The position numbers and the translations under genes were made by a program. The notes beneath the pieces are model-generated. The model was not told the DNA's origin. It saw only the letters and a list, made by a program, of their open reading frames with translations, and made no database searches. This document shows, piece by piece, positions 23,077 through 33,197 of a stretch of 64,000 bases of DNA. How positions within the stretch are numbered: position 1 is the stretch's first letter; every line of letters begins with the position of its first letter. The DNA lies in IMG/VR virus record IMGVR_UViG_3300020213_000034, positions 611 through 64,610 of that record. One strand, 5' to 3'. The stretch comes from a virus. Taxonomy: Duplodnaviria > Caudoviricetes.

Positions 23077-24606
23077 ATGTCAAACACCCCCCCCGTAGAG
23101 CCATCCGCACAGCCCACCGCCGAAGCCGACATTCCGCCGGGCGTCGCCGCAACGGTCGATCCAACCCCTCCGTCCGAGTCGTCCCTTTCTTCGCTCCGTG
23201 AAGGCCTGAGCAAGATGACGCCGGCCAAGCCGGAACCTTCCGCCGCGCAGCTGGCTGGCCAATCCATGGCCGAGACCCCTCCCGCCGCTGAGAAGAAAGA
23301 TGATTCGGGCGGCGTGCGCGAGACCATGGGAAGTGCGCTGGATTCTTTCCAAGGCGACCTGAAGACGGCCCGCAAAGCCAAGGCCAAGGCCCAGAGCGGC
23401 GAGCCGAAGCCGGAAGAGCAGTCCGCCACTGAGGCCCTCGCTTCCGCCGCGGCGCCCGAGCAGTCGGAGTCCTCTGTTCCTGTGCAGAAGACTGAGGAAG
23501 AAAAGCCGGTCACCGATGAGGAAATCCAGCAGACGATCAACGATCCCGGCATCTCGAAGCGCCACCAGAAGCGCATGGTCCACCTCGCCAACAGGGCCAA
23601 GGAACTCGAGCGCAAGCTTTCGGAGGTGGAGGCCAAGCCTCAGTCAGACGCCAACGACGCTAAAATCAAGGAACTGGAGCAGAGGGCAGCCACTGCCGAC
23701 AGCGAGTTGACCCGCTATCGCCATCGCTATGCCCTTGAGCAGGAGCCCGAGCTGAAGCAGTTCGAGGAGCGGGCCGTTCAGGCCGAGGCATCCATCCACG
23801 GAAAACTGAAGGAGGCCGGTCTTTCCGACGGCACCATCAAGCTGATTCAGGATGCCGGCGGGTTCGACGCATTCTCGCGCTCCACGAGGCAGTTCGTGGT
23901 CAAGGAGCGAGACGAGGACGGCAACGATGTCGATGTTCCGATCACCGCGGCGTCGCTCGCGAAGAAGTGGCTCAACGATATGAACGTGGGTGACTCCGAA
24001 TACATCCGCTCCAAAATGAAGGAGAAGTTCGAAGCCTTCGACAGCAAGAAGCGCAAGGCCGAGGAGCTTTCCTCGCAGTCCGAGCAATGGTTCAAGGACC
24101 AACAGGCTTCTCAGCAGAGGTTGATTGAGGATCAACAGAAGCTGGCCGAGGGCTATCGATCTGGTTACGAGAGGGAGATCACCGACTGGGAAAAGCAGCA
24201 GGAGCCGCTCAAGGACAAGCAGATTTCCCCGACGGCCACCGAGTCCGAGCGCAATGGGATCGAGGCCTACAACAACCACAATGCGGGCGTGCGCGCCATG
24301 CTGAAGATGGCAGTCGCCCCGACGTCACTCTCGGATCACGTTGCGGTCGTCAAGGAGGCCGCTTCGGCCCTATTGCTGCGCCGCGACAACACCGCGCTGA
24401 AGAAGCAGCTGGTTGAGGCCACGGAGAAGCTCGAGCGCCTGCAGAAGGCCACAACCACCACAGGCAAGGCGGGCGGAAGCTCCCTTGCCCGGGGCCCGGC
24501 CAAGGGTCCGGATAAGTCTGCCTCGGGCCAGCTGGCGGTGAGCGCGACGGCATCCCTGCAGGAAGCCATGGAGAGGCTCCGCACGGGCGGCGGGGGTGAA
24601 GACTAA
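23077..24606 (+). CDS. putative capsid scaffolding protein
   Basis: disordered acidic N-terminus plus coiled coils, upstream of the MCP. Confidence 0.65.
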   Translation: MSNTPPVEPSAQPTAEADIPPGVAATVDPTPPSESSLSSLREGLSKMTPAKPEPSAAQLAGQSMAETPPAAEKKDDSGGVRETMGSALDSFQGDLKTARKAKAKAQSGEPKPEEQSATEALASAAAPEQSESSVPVQKTEEEKPVTDEEIQQTINDPGISKRHQKRMVHLANRAKELERKLSEVEAKPQSDANDAKIKELEQRAATADSELTRYRHRYALEQEPELKQFEERAVQAEASIHGKLKEAGLSDGTIKLIQDAGGFDAFSRSTRQFVVKERDEDGNDVDVPITAASLAKKWLNDMNVGDSEYIRSKMKEKFEAFDSKKRKAEELSSQSEQWFKDQQASQQRLIEDQQKLAEGYRSGYEREITDWEKQQEPLKDKQISPTATESERNGIEAYNNHNAGVRAMLKMAVAPTSLSDHVAVVKEAASALLLRRDNTALKKQLVEATEKLERLQKATTTTGKAGGSSLARGPAKGPDKSASGQLAVSATASLQEAMERLRTGGGGED

Positions 24607-25169
24607 TGGCCGACAAGAACTACAGGTCCTACTACGGAATTGACGGTCAAGTCGTTGCTGACGAGACGCTTCCTCCACTAGACGAGTACCCAAAGGACTA
24701 CGACGACATCCTGAAGTTCTCAATCTGCAGCGGTGCGACAGTCAGGGACTGCGCAATATCTTGCGGTAGAGAGAATTGCACTGATGCGGTTCGGGGAACG
24801 AACTACCTGTGGAAGGGCTGCTTGTTCGACGTGGAACCGCCGGCCTATGGCGCGATGACGATCAAGGGGGCGATCAAGGGCTGGACGGTAGACAACTGCC
24901 GATTCCAAGGCCATGGCGACAAGTTCGACATTGAGGTGGGTCAGTTTGATGACTACTGGTATCCCGGCCGCGTTGGCACCAAGAACGGCCTGATTCGGGA
25001 CAGCTACTCGCTGGACGGAAAGCCGATCTTGGTGACCGTGTGGGACGCCGATGTCCCGGTCGCTTCCAACTCGAACGTGAAGATCAAGAAGGTCTCACCG
25101 TTCATCTGGTTCCCCTACTTCATGTTCCGCTATATTCAGATCAAGCTGAAGAAAATGTTCGGAAAGTAA
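24606..25169 (+). CDS. small beta-helix (pectin-lyase-like) protein
   Basis: repeated V.DC.I / NC.F motifs, G.ENC.DAVRG. Confidence 0.5.
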   Translation: MADKNYRSYYGIDGQVVADETLPPLDEYPKDYDDILKFSICSGATVRDCAISCGRENCTDAVRGTNYLWKGCLFDVEPPAYGAMTIKGAIKGWTVDNCRFQGHGDKFDIEVGQFDDYWYPGRVGTKNGLIRDSYSLDGKPILVTVWDADVPVASNSNVKIKKVSPFIWFPYFMFRYIQIKLKKMFGK

Positions 25170-25179
25170 AAGAAGGGGC

Positions 25180-25402
25180 TTGACAAGCCCAAGCATAGGG
25201 GTTTTACCCTACGACGCTGGTGTAACACTAAATTTCAGGTCGCAAGTGCGACGCCTCTCGCCACCACTAGCAGCGAGGGGAGGGCGCTAACAGCTTTCGC
25301 CGCGGCAAAACGCATATCGGTGCTGATACTATCGGCACGCTTAGCACCACATGCGTCTACCCGTAACGATCAAGCGAGCCGGAAAATACCACACATTTTC
25401 CT
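25180..25402 (+). promoter_or_regulatory. promoter and structured 5' leader of the major capsid gene
   Basis: TTGACA at 25180; hairpins CCTCTCG/CGAGGGG and GTGCTGAT/ATCGGCAC in a ~200-nt leader. Confidence 0.4.
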
Positions 25403-26653
25403 ATGTCCCTCCCAACCTGTTCCCTAGACGCCTCTGAAGTTTCTCAGCTCGTCACCGCCCAGAACCCGAAGATTTATCTGGAAATCCTCCAGAAGGTCAA
25501 CACGGAGTCTCCGTGGGCCAACATCATCCCGTCGTCTCCGACCGAGGCGAACATGGGCGACACCATCGAATCCGTCGTAACGCCTCGCTCCGTTACGAAT
25601 CAGGATCAGGTGGAGCCCGCCTTCACCAACTTCACCTCGACGGGCTGCACCCTCGAAGGCCCCGTCTCCCAGATGGGCAACATCCGCTTCTCGACCCAGC
25701 TCGAGATTCTCCGCGGCGAGACCGAATACATCTGTCTTTTCGCCAACTGGGACACCGTCTACGGTGCGCTCGCCCAGAGCATTCAGGCGCTGAAGTCTGA
25801 AATCACCTACCTCTACGACACGGACGTCAAGTCCAAGCTCGTGCGCTACTCCGGTCTCAAGGCCGCTGTGGTCGAGGGCGTCTCCCCGATGGCATCCATG
25901 AGCGGTGGCGAGTGGGAAGTCACGGTTGCCTTCCCGTCATCCCTGCCGACGGCCAATATCACGTTCGCGTGGACGAAGGCCCTTCTCAACCACATCACGG
26001 AAGTGTTCGAGGTTGAGTGGTTCGGCGCAGGTGCCGACCAGCACGCGAAGTTCATCGCTTCCGCGACGGTCCTCGATGCCTTCCGCAACGAGATCGGCGC
26101 CGCCGGCCCGAACACCTCGCTCATTGCGGGCACCACGGGTGGTTTCTCCGACGCCAAGAAGGCGCTCTGGGAGTTCCTGTGGATGGAGTCCAACTTCCGC
26201 GGCCTGAAGTTCGCCAAGGACCGCTACCCGCTCCGCTACAACGTAGTGGACGTGGATGGCTACCCGGTGTGGATCGCTCCCCGCGTGAAGCAGCTGGTCA
26301 CCGCCACGAACAGCGGTTCCGGCTACCGCCTCGCTCCGAACGCCCAGTGGGCTACGGCGAAGTATGAGGTCGCGGTCATGGTGTTCCAGAACGCCTTCCG
26401 CCGCCGCGTGCCGCAGCAGTTCGTTGCACAGGGCGAGATCAAGTATCCGTCCCAGAACTTCGGTGGCGACCTTCAGTGGTCCTTCCTGAAGGATCAGTGT
26501 AACAAGTGGGGTGACAAGGGTCAGTTCCTGTATCAGATCGCTCGCGCCTACCAAGTTGGTTCGGCCGGTGCCCACAGCATCGTCCCGATTGCCTTCAAGC
26601 GCTGCCTGCCTGACTACGGTCTCTCGACTTGCTCGAGCCTGACCTCCAGCTAA
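25403..26653 (+). CDS. major capsid protein
   Basis: 416 aa, strong C-ending codon bias, after the scaffold, followed by a terminator. Confidence 0.75.
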   Translation: MSLPTCSLDASEVSQLVTAQNPKIYLEILQKVNTESPWANIIPSSPTEANMGDTIESVVTPRSVTNQDQVEPAFTNFTSTGCTLEGPVSQMGNIRFSTQLEILRGETEYICLFANWDTVYGALAQSIQALKSEITYLYDTDVKSKLVRYSGLKAAVVEGVSPMASMSGGEWEVTVAFPSSLPTANITFAWTKALLNHITEVFEVEWFGAGADQHAKFIASATVLDAFRNEIGAAGPNTSLIAGTTGGFSDAKKALWEFLWMESNFRGLKFAKDRYPLRYNVVDVDGYPVWIAPRVKQLVTATNSGSGYRLAPNAQWATAKYEVAVMVFQNAFRRRVPQQFVAQGEIKYPSQNFGGDLQWSFLKDQCNKWGDKGQFLYQIARAYQVGSAGAHSIVPIAFKRCLPDYGLSTCSSLTSS

Positions 26654-26667
26654 GCTGAAGAGTTCTC

Positions 26668-26697
26668 GAGCCCCCCGGACATCCGCGGGGGCTCTTT
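26668..26697 (+). terminator. intrinsic terminator after the MCP
   Basis: GAGCCCCC...GGGGGCTC-TTT. Confidence 0.6.
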
Positions 26698-26787
26698 GCA
26701 CTCCTCAACCTAACCTAACTTCGGCGGATTAAGTTCACGCCCAGCGGACACAAAGTGGTCCACCTCACAATCGCTCCAACCTGAACC

Positions 26788-26970
26788 ATGCCAGAGACTG
26801 CCAAAAGCCCGGCCTACAATGATTCGGACAACGTCCTTCTCTGGAAGGCGATGTTGAATTTTTGGGTCATCTCCGGCCAGTATGGGTTCAACACCTCCAA
26901 GCCGACACTTGGAAGTTCAGACACGGTCCTCCTTACCCGGGGATTGGAAGCGGTTCTAGCTATAAACTAA
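26788..26970 (+). CDS. small virion protein with two P-x-x-x-[DS]-S-D-x-V-L-L motifs
   Basis: motif related to the N-termini of the 19751 and 26980 proteins. Confidence 0.55.
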   Translation: MPETAKSPAYNDSDNVLLWKAMLNFWVISGQYGFNTSKPTLGSSDTVLLTRGLEAVLAIN

Positions 26971-26979
26971 CCGTTTCCT

Positions 26980-28062
26980 ATGCCTCCAGCCAATCCTCTC
27001 GCTCCTCAAGTTGGTGACACGACAAACCTGCTTCTCAAGAAGCTAGTCACCGCAACGCAAGGCATCTCTGGCGCCATCGGCGCAGTCACATCGGTCAACG
27101 GTCAGATTGGCGCGGTCGCCCTTGACGCAGCCGACGTCGGTGCGGCCCCGGAGTTTTACCCGTCTGCCTCCACCCGCCGAGTATATGTAGACAAGTCGGG
27201 AATCGATGCGACGGCAGACGGCACTCCGTCGCTGCCGTTCCTGACTGTCACAGGCGCACTTACCGCAATTGCTTTGTTTGCTCAGCAGCCAGCCGTCACG
27301 ATCCCGGTTGAGATTGTTCTCGGCCCCGGAGTTTACACCGAGGCATCTTCATATCTGCCATTCTATGTCGATATAACGGGGTCGGGGCGCACCGCGACAC
27401 GCTTGGACAAGAACCTGACCGTTGGCAACAGCAACTATGGGTCGAACCTCATTCGTGATCTTACGCTTGGCAACGACACCACGATCAGCAACATCGGAAA
27501 CGCTGGGGCAACACACTACGCTTTGTTTGTAGTGAACTGCAACGCAAATTGCACGATCAATGGTAACGCCGCGGCAGGTAACTGCTTCACGGCGATCATT
27601 GGATGCCAAGGGCAAGCTGCTGGCGACCCGCCTAACCGCGGCACCACTACAGTATACAACGGGGTGTTCATCATTACCGGGTGTCAGGAGTTCAATATGA
27701 GATGCGGAACGCAGTATGGTTCCACGGCGCTTACAACGGTCAGGCTGCTTGGTTGTCAGGTGAATGTCCTGAGCATCGAAGGCAACGCGAACAGCGGGCC
27801 GGTGACAACCCACATAAAGGCCTGCAACGTGGCGAGCGGAAGCATCAACAAGTATGGCGGAGCTAGCGTCCTGACCCTGATTCACGACGCGCTTTTTGAT
27901 CCTTCGATCCTGACCGGCGTCGCCGCCGATGTCGTCACGCTCACGACGCTAGCAGGCTTGGTGTCGTATCCAGCCGCTGTCCCCGGAAACTGGGCTGGGG
28001 CGGCTCCGACAACTATTCAGGCTGCCATCGACCGCCTCGCCGCGGCCAACCCCGGCGCGTAA
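26980..28062 (+). CDS. virion fibre/spike protein with beta-helix
   Basis: VTSVNGQ.GAV.L.AADVGA fibre repeat; DGT.S.PFLTV..A and V.LGPGVY beta-helix cap. Confidence 0.75.
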   Translation: MPPANPLAPQVGDTTNLLLKKLVTATQGISGAIGAVTSVNGQIGAVALDAADVGAAPEFYPSASTRRVYVDKSGIDATADGTPSLPFLTVTGALTAIALFAQQPAVTIPVEIVLGPGVYTEASSYLPFYVDITGSGRTATRLDKNLTVGNSNYGSNLIRDLTLGNDTTISNIGNAGATHYALFVVNCNANCTINGNAAAGNCFTAIIGCQGQAAGDPPNRGTTTVYNGVFIITGCQEFNMRCGTQYGSTALTTVRLLGCQVNVLSIEGNANSGPVTTHIKACNVASGSINKYGGASVLTLIHDALFDPSILTGVAADVVTLTTLAGLVSYPAAVPGNWAGAAPTTIQAAIDRLAAANPGA

Positions 28063-28065
28063 ACC

Positions 28066-28773
28066 ATGAGGCCGCATTCACATCGTGCAGAAGCAGCCAC
28101 GTTGATCCTGCTTGTGATCGTCCTTCTGGGCGCCGGTGGCTACGGGCTGAGCAAGACCAAGTGGTTCAACGGAGATGCTAAGCGGGCCACGCAAAGCACC
28201 GAGACAACGGCGAACCTTCTCAGCATCAATGCGGAGCGGGACGGAAAGATCGCGTCTGTCTTTACGGCTATCGGCGTGACCAATTCGGAGGCTCCGGAAT
28301 CCCAGCAGAGGCGCGTCATCGGCCGCTTCGTTCCTGTCGGCCTTTCTCTGGTGAGCGCACCGCCCGACCCGGCGTTCCTTCTCGAGCTTGAGAAGCTCAA
28401 GGTGGCCGAGCTGAGCGGGAAGCTGTCTCAGGCAGACCGCATCAACGATGCTTTGCTCAGGGATGCCGGTGCGACCCAGCGCGAGCTGGCAAAGGCCATT
28501 GCCGCCAAGCGGGCTTCCGACCAAGCCCTAGAGTGGGCCGCGGCCGAGAAGCTGGGGGCTGAAAAGCAGGCATTCTGGTTCATGCTGGCAGCAGCGGGAG
28601 CCGCGATCCTTTACGTCTACACCAAGGTCACGCACCTCAGCCCCGGCGCCCTCGCTGAGGCGGTATCAGACATCCGCAAGGACCCAACCCAAGCCATTGC
28701 CGCAATCGACGGGGTTACGACAAGACTGCAACAGAAGCTCGTGAGATTTTCGCGCCGAGTCTTCCACCCATAA
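28066..28773 (+). CDS. membrane protein (lysis/spanin-like)
   Basis: N-terminal TM, coiled coil, second TM. Confidence 0.55.
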   Translation: MRPHSHRAEAATLILLVIVLLGAGGYGLSKTKWFNGDAKRATQSTETTANLLSINAERDGKIASVFTAIGVTNSEAPESQQRRVIGRFVPVGLSLVSAPPDPAFLLELEKLKVAELSGKLSQADRINDALLRDAGATQRELAKAIAAKRASDQALEWAAAEKLGAEKQAFWFMLAAAGAAILYVYTKVTHLSPGALAEAVSDIRKDPTQAIAAIDGVTTRLQQKLVRFSRRVFHP

Positions 28774-28774
28774 A

Positions 28775-29026
28775 ATGTCACAATCTATGATCGAACGCTT
28801 TGAATCTACCATCGGGGCCGTGAAGCCCGTATTTGCAACCGCCTTCAGTGGTCTTCCTATTGTCGCTTCTGCCAGCGTGTGGATGGACGCCATTCGGGGA
28901 TGGGCAGCGTTTGCCACGGTTCTGCTTGGCGTTCCGACCGCGATGCTGATTATCATCTACTGGGGCCTGAAGGTCCGCTCCTCTTGGATTAATCGCAATC
29001 ACAGAGGGGGCGTCTATGAGCTGTAG
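28775..29026 (+). CDS. putative holin
   Basis: 83 aa, hydrophobic helices, basic C-terminus. Confidence 0.55.
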   Translation: MSQSMIERFESTIGAVKPVFATAFSGLPIVASASVWMDAIRGWAAFATVLLGVPTAMLIIIYWGLKVRSSWINRNHRGGVYEL

Positions 29027-29630
29027 CAACTGCGGCGCTTCTGGGGGGGCCTGCTGTGGTGGGGGAACAACCTGCGGCCACTGCGACTCCGATGCGTTCG
29101 ACTCGCCATGCACCGATCTCGGTCAGGGCTTCCCGCTTTCCATCAAGGCCGATTGCGCGCTTCCGATCTACACGCCAATCCCGGGCATTGTTGGAATCTG
29201 GAACGGTGTTGAATGGCTGCTGTCCGGCGATGACAGCTCGTCCACGGACTCTTCTGCGGCGTCTTCTGCGCCGGTTGCTGGTTATTCGCTGCTCGTGTAC
29301 CGTCGGGACGGTGGGAATGAGCTTTTCAACGGAGGAATGTATGTCAGGACAGCGTTGACTGACGATCTGCTTCAGCTGACGCTCGAAAATCCGGCCGGAA
29401 ATCCAGATACCATTATCTTTGGGCCGGCGACCATTGATGATCCGGGTGGTATTCTCGTCTCGCCAAGCATGATCGGGTCTCTCACCCCGGGGCAGACCGA
29501 GGTAGGTGGATTTGAGGCATCCATCGGAAGCGGACCGAATGGCCTATACGTCGGCTCCATCACGCTCAACTTCATCGGGGCGAACAACTCTCCGTTCGTC
29601 ATCAACTTCGAGATTACCCTAGCAAACTAA
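29016..29630 (+). CDS. virion protein, Cys-rich N-terminus and Ig-like C-terminus
   Basis: CSNCG...CCGG; L.PGQT, NNSPF.I typical of Ig/ASH-like domains. Confidence 0.55.
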   Translation: MSCSNCGASGGACCGGGTTCGHCDSDAFDSPCTDLGQGFPLSIKADCALPIYTPIPGIVGIWNGVEWLLSGDDSSSTDSSAASSAPVAGYSLLVYRRDGGNELFNGGMYVRTALTDDLLQLTLENPAGNPDTIIFGPATIDDPGGILVSPSMIGSLTPGQTEVGGFEASIGSGPNGLYVGSITLNFIGANNSPFVINFEITLAN

Positions 29631-29673
29631 GCCTTGACACTTAGTATTAGAAAAACTTATACCACACACCACC

Positions 29674-30015
29674 ATGATTGACCTTAGCCGAAAAGACTCC
29701 TGCTACCCGGGCGAGAAAGACTTGCCTGCGCGTGTCTGCTATCCAAGCCTGCATATCACCTCGGAGGACGCCATCAAGTTCCCGGACGGCAAATTCGAAG
29801 CCACCATTTCTTGCAAGTGCAAGGCCGGCGAGTGGCGCGAGAATGAGCGCGGCGAGAGGGTCTGTGCCTACACCCTTGAGGTCTTCGGTATCCAGCCCGG
29901 CAAGTCGGTGAAGGGCGAAGATGGCGAGGGGGAAGAGGGCGAGGAGCAGGACGCTGCCTCGGCCATCATGGAGAGCATGCAGAAGACCGCATCCAAGAAG
30001 CTGAAGGACGAATAA
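29674..30015 (+). CDS. hypothetical protein
   Basis: ORF after TTGACA-N18-TATACC (29634). Confidence 0.65.
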   Translation: MIDLSRKDSCYPGEKDLPARVCYPSLHITSEDAIKFPDGKFEATISCKCKAGEWRENERGERVCAYTLEVFGIQPGKSVKGEDGEGEEGEEQDAASAIMESMQKTASKKLKDE

Positions 30016-30019
30016 CCCA

Positions 30020-30982
30020 ATGCTTGTCTCCTCCATCTATTCCGACGTGATTGATGCACTGGGTAAGTGCAATCAGGAGTTTGCGTTCCGCAGGCTCACT
30101 GAGGCCCTTGCCATGCTGCAGAACAAGGCGCGATGGAATCCGAATGTGGCGGACATCGACATCTGCGTCACGCAGAACTACGTCACCCTCCCGGGCTTTG
30201 TCGGCACCGTTCTCGGCGTCATGACCAACGGCAAGCCGAACTACCTGACGGATGCGTCATGGTTCGACTACCACCTGAATGGCCCCGGCAACCAAGACTG
30301 CGTTGGCGTCAACTACGCCCAGCTGGCAGGCTGGTTCCCGGTCATCCGTGATCCCAGCTCGGCGGTCTACGTCGTGGCTGAACTCGAGACCGCTGCGGAC
30401 AACAACACCCAGCTTCGTGTCTTCGGCCTAGATGCCAACGGCAACCAGATTTACACGCCCAACCCAGAGACCGGCGTCATGGAGCCCGGCTTTCTCGTTC
30501 CGACCGTGTTCGGTTTCCCTGTTCGTGCGGCTGACGTGGGCCCTATCACGCGAATCACCCGCATCCAAAAGGCCGTGACGTCCGGTCGCGTTCGCCTTCT
30601 TGCGATCTACCCAGACGATCTGGCGGCACAGACCCTTCTCGGCTACTACGAGCCCGAGGAGACCGACCCGCGCTACCAGCGCATCAAGGTCCCGCCACAC
30701 AGTTGGGTGCGCGTCAAGTACCAGAAGAAAAACCCGGTTATCACCGGCCTGAACGACTGGATTTCGCTGAATTCCTCGCAGGCCGTGATCATGGCGGTGA
30801 AGGCCGTGAAGTTCCGCTACGAAGACAAGCTCGAACTTGCCAGCGGATACGAAAACGAAGCAGCCCGACTCCTCTCTGAGGACCAGAAAGCAACGCAGCC
30901 GGCCGTCGTCTCTGCGCCGCAAATCGTCAACTCCGATCAGTTTAATAACTGTGGTCAGGACGCCCTAATCTACAACTGCTAA
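30020..30982 (+). CDS. putative head-tail adaptor
   Basis: position before the nozzle; LP..V.TVL.V...G.P and helical C-terminal pattern. Confidence 0.55.
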   Translation: MLVSSIYSDVIDALGKCNQEFAFRRLTEALAMLQNKARWNPNVADIDICVTQNYVTLPGFVGTVLGVMTNGKPNYLTDASWFDYHLNGPGNQDCVGVNYAQLAGWFPVIRDPSSAVYVVAELETAADNNTQLRVFGLDANGNQIYTPNPETGVMEPGFLVPTVFGFPVRAADVGPITRITRIQKAVTSGRVRLLAIYPDDLAAQTLLGYYEPEETDPRYQRIKVPPHSWVRVKYQKKNPVITGLNDWISLNSSQAVIMAVKAVKFRYEDKLELASGYENEAARLLSEDQKATQPAVVSAPQIVNSDQFNNCGQDALIYNC

Positions 30983-32991
30983 TGCCCCCCCGTGAGACTC
31001 AAGGTGATCTACAGCCAGCCGGTTCCGCCTATCTAATCGGCGGCGCGGATTCCTTCACGCAGCCGATGGCGCTGGAGGACACGGAGGTGGTCATGGGCAT
31101 GAACGTCGTGAACCGCGGAGGCTACTACCGAACTCGTCCCGGCACCCGAATCATGTCGAACCTGATTGGGGGCAACGCGCAGGGAGGCGCCTTCTTTGTC
31201 CCAAGCAACGGCGGAACGCCGGCCTATGTTGCGGCGGTGGACGGCAAAATCTACGTGTCCGTGTCCCCGTTCAGAGCCTACATCCAGCTGGATGGCCTGC
31301 AGTTTAACCCGGTTTCCCGGTTTGTCTCCTTCACCCTTTGCGAGCAGTCTACCGACTACACGCCCGAGGGGCAGCTTTACTTCCTCGAGCAGCCGAAGAC
31401 GGTGCTTATCATGCAGGATGGCGTGACTCGCGCCGCTTACTGGGACGGCGTCACGCACGGCCACATCAATCCGACGCCGTCGGGGGGAGCGGAGACGGAG
31501 GTCGGATTGGACGGAACCAAGATCGGGCTTTGGTCGGTCTGGTCAAACAACCGCTTGTGGGTCAGCCGCGGCAACCAGATTTTCGCCTCGGACATTGGCA
31601 ATCCCCTCAAGTTTACCGAGAGCCAATACCTCAACGAAGGGCGCGCTTTCTACCTTACGGGCGACTGCACCGGAATCATCGAGACGCCGGACAAGGACGG
31701 AATTCTGGCGTTTACGGAGAAAGACGGAACGCTGCTTCTTTCCAACATTCAGGACCGTGAGCTATGGCTCGACACCTCTGGGTTCCAGAAGACGATCCTT
31801 CCGGCAACCGGCTGTGTGGCCCCTCGCTCTCTGGTGAACCAATACGGTCTGACGTGGTGGTTCTCTGCGACGGGCCTGCAGAACCTGAACTCCGCCCTCA
31901 ACCAGAACATCACGTCCAAGATCGACTATCAGGACATGGCGATGATGTCCTCCAAGCTGAACATTGGCCCGGACATGACCGTGGTGGCAGCCGGATACTA
32001 CGAAAACTATCTCGTGATGAGCGTCCCTTCGGGCGACCCATACAACCGCCACACTTGGGTGCTGGACCAGTCTCCGTTTGAGCAGAACACCAACGCATGG
32101 CCGGGGTATTGGACTGGGTGGCGTCCGCTCCAGTGGTCCAAGGCGGTTATCGGTGGGCGCGAGCGCGTGTTCTTCATTTCTCACGACTATGACGGGGTCA
32201 ACCGCGTTTGGGAAGGCTTCCTGCCAGAGCGAGCTGACAATGGCTGCGCAATCACCTGCAGCCTGCAGACCAAGCAGCACAATTTCGGAACACTCGACCG
32301 CAAGATTTTCCGCTTTGCCCGACTCTACGCATCGCAGATTGCCGGAAAGGTTTCGCTGCGATGGTGGTGCATTCCGGAGAACGGTTCCCCTTTTCAGATT
32401 GGAACCAAGGAGATCGTGGCCACGACGGGTCAGGTGTATCCAGACTCGGCCTACGGAGGCGTCGCGCCAAACGACAATCTGTTCAGGCCGAATCGCTCCC
32501 AGACCAGAATCATCCTTTCCGAAGAAGACGCCGGAGGAAATGACTCCTGCACGACATGCGGAGTTGAGCGAGAATTGCTCAATCAGATCGATTACGCCTT
32601 CGGCCTGTTTATGGCATGGTCCGGAAATATGGGCATCACGGCCTATCAGATTTACGTCACAGGCGATAAGCAGAAGGACAGCGGCAAGTGCGAAGAAAAC
32701 GAAGAAGGGCCTCGATCCGTCAACGGAGATGGTTGCGGCGGGCTTGAGCTGTTCCCGGACGGAAACCCATTTGGCCCGACTTACACGGCAGAGGCGACGA
32801 TTTGTATCACGGCCAACAACGCCTCCTCGGCTGCATCTTCCAGCGACTCATCTGACGCCAGCTCCCCGGGCACGACGACCTACTGCTCAACACAGGAGCG
32901 CACCAGCGTGATCTCGCAGGCGGACGCAGACAGGCGTGCGGCTTGCGCGGCAAACTTCGACGCCCACTTCCGGGCTGGAATCTTCGTCTAA
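30982..32991 (+). CDS. putative tail nozzle/stabilisation protein (beta-propeller)
   Basis: NV..RGG...TRPG, NNRLWV..GNQIFASDIG.P, GC.APRS. Confidence 0.7.
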   Translation: MPPRETQGDLQPAGSAYLIGGADSFTQPMALEDTEVVMGMNVVNRGGYYRTRPGTRIMSNLIGGNAQGGAFFVPSNGGTPAYVAAVDGKIYVSVSPFRAYIQLDGLQFNPVSRFVSFTLCEQSTDYTPEGQLYFLEQPKTVLIMQDGVTRAAYWDGVTHGHINPTPSGGAETEVGLDGTKIGLWSVWSNNRLWVSRGNQIFASDIGNPLKFTESQYLNEGRAFYLTGDCTGIIETPDKDGILAFTEKDGTLLLSNIQDRELWLDTSGFQKTILPATGCVAPRSLVNQYGLTWWFSATGLQNLNSALNQNITSKIDYQDMAMMSSKLNIGPDMTVVAAGYYENYLVMSVPSGDPYNRHTWVLDQSPFEQNTNAWPGYWTGWRPLQWSKAVIGGRERVFFISHDYDGVNRVWEGFLPERADNGCAITCSLQTKQHNFGTLDRKIFRFARLYASQIAGKVSLRWWCIPENGSPFQIGTKEIVATTGQVYPDSAYGGVAPNDNLFRPNRSQTRIILSEEDAGGNDSCTTCGVERELLNQIDYAFGLFMAWSGNMGITAYQIYVTGDKQKDSGKCEENEEGPRSVNGDGCGGLELFPDGNPFGPTYTAEATICITANNASSAASSSDSSDASSPGTTTYCSTQERTSVISQADADRRAACAANFDAHFRAGIFV

Positions 32992-33197
32992 TGAAATACA
33001 CGGATAGACTCAACGCTTCGAACCCGATGAACTCCACATCGGCCGCGCCGCGCACGCTTGGACTTGGAGATGCGCTTACCAAGGTCTTCGCCCCTATTGC
33101 TAAAGTCGTTGGCAAGAGCGGGTGTGCCGGTTGCCGCCGTCGTGCCCAGCGCCTGAACCACATGGTTCCGAACATCAACCCATTCGCTAAGACCTAA
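32991..33197 (+). CDS. small phage protein
   Basis: GLGD....V..PIA.....C.GC.RR...LN motif. Confidence 0.6.
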   Translation: MKYTDRLNASNPMNSTSAAPRTLGLGDALTKVFAPIAKVVGKSGCAGCRRRAQRLNHMVPNINPFAKT

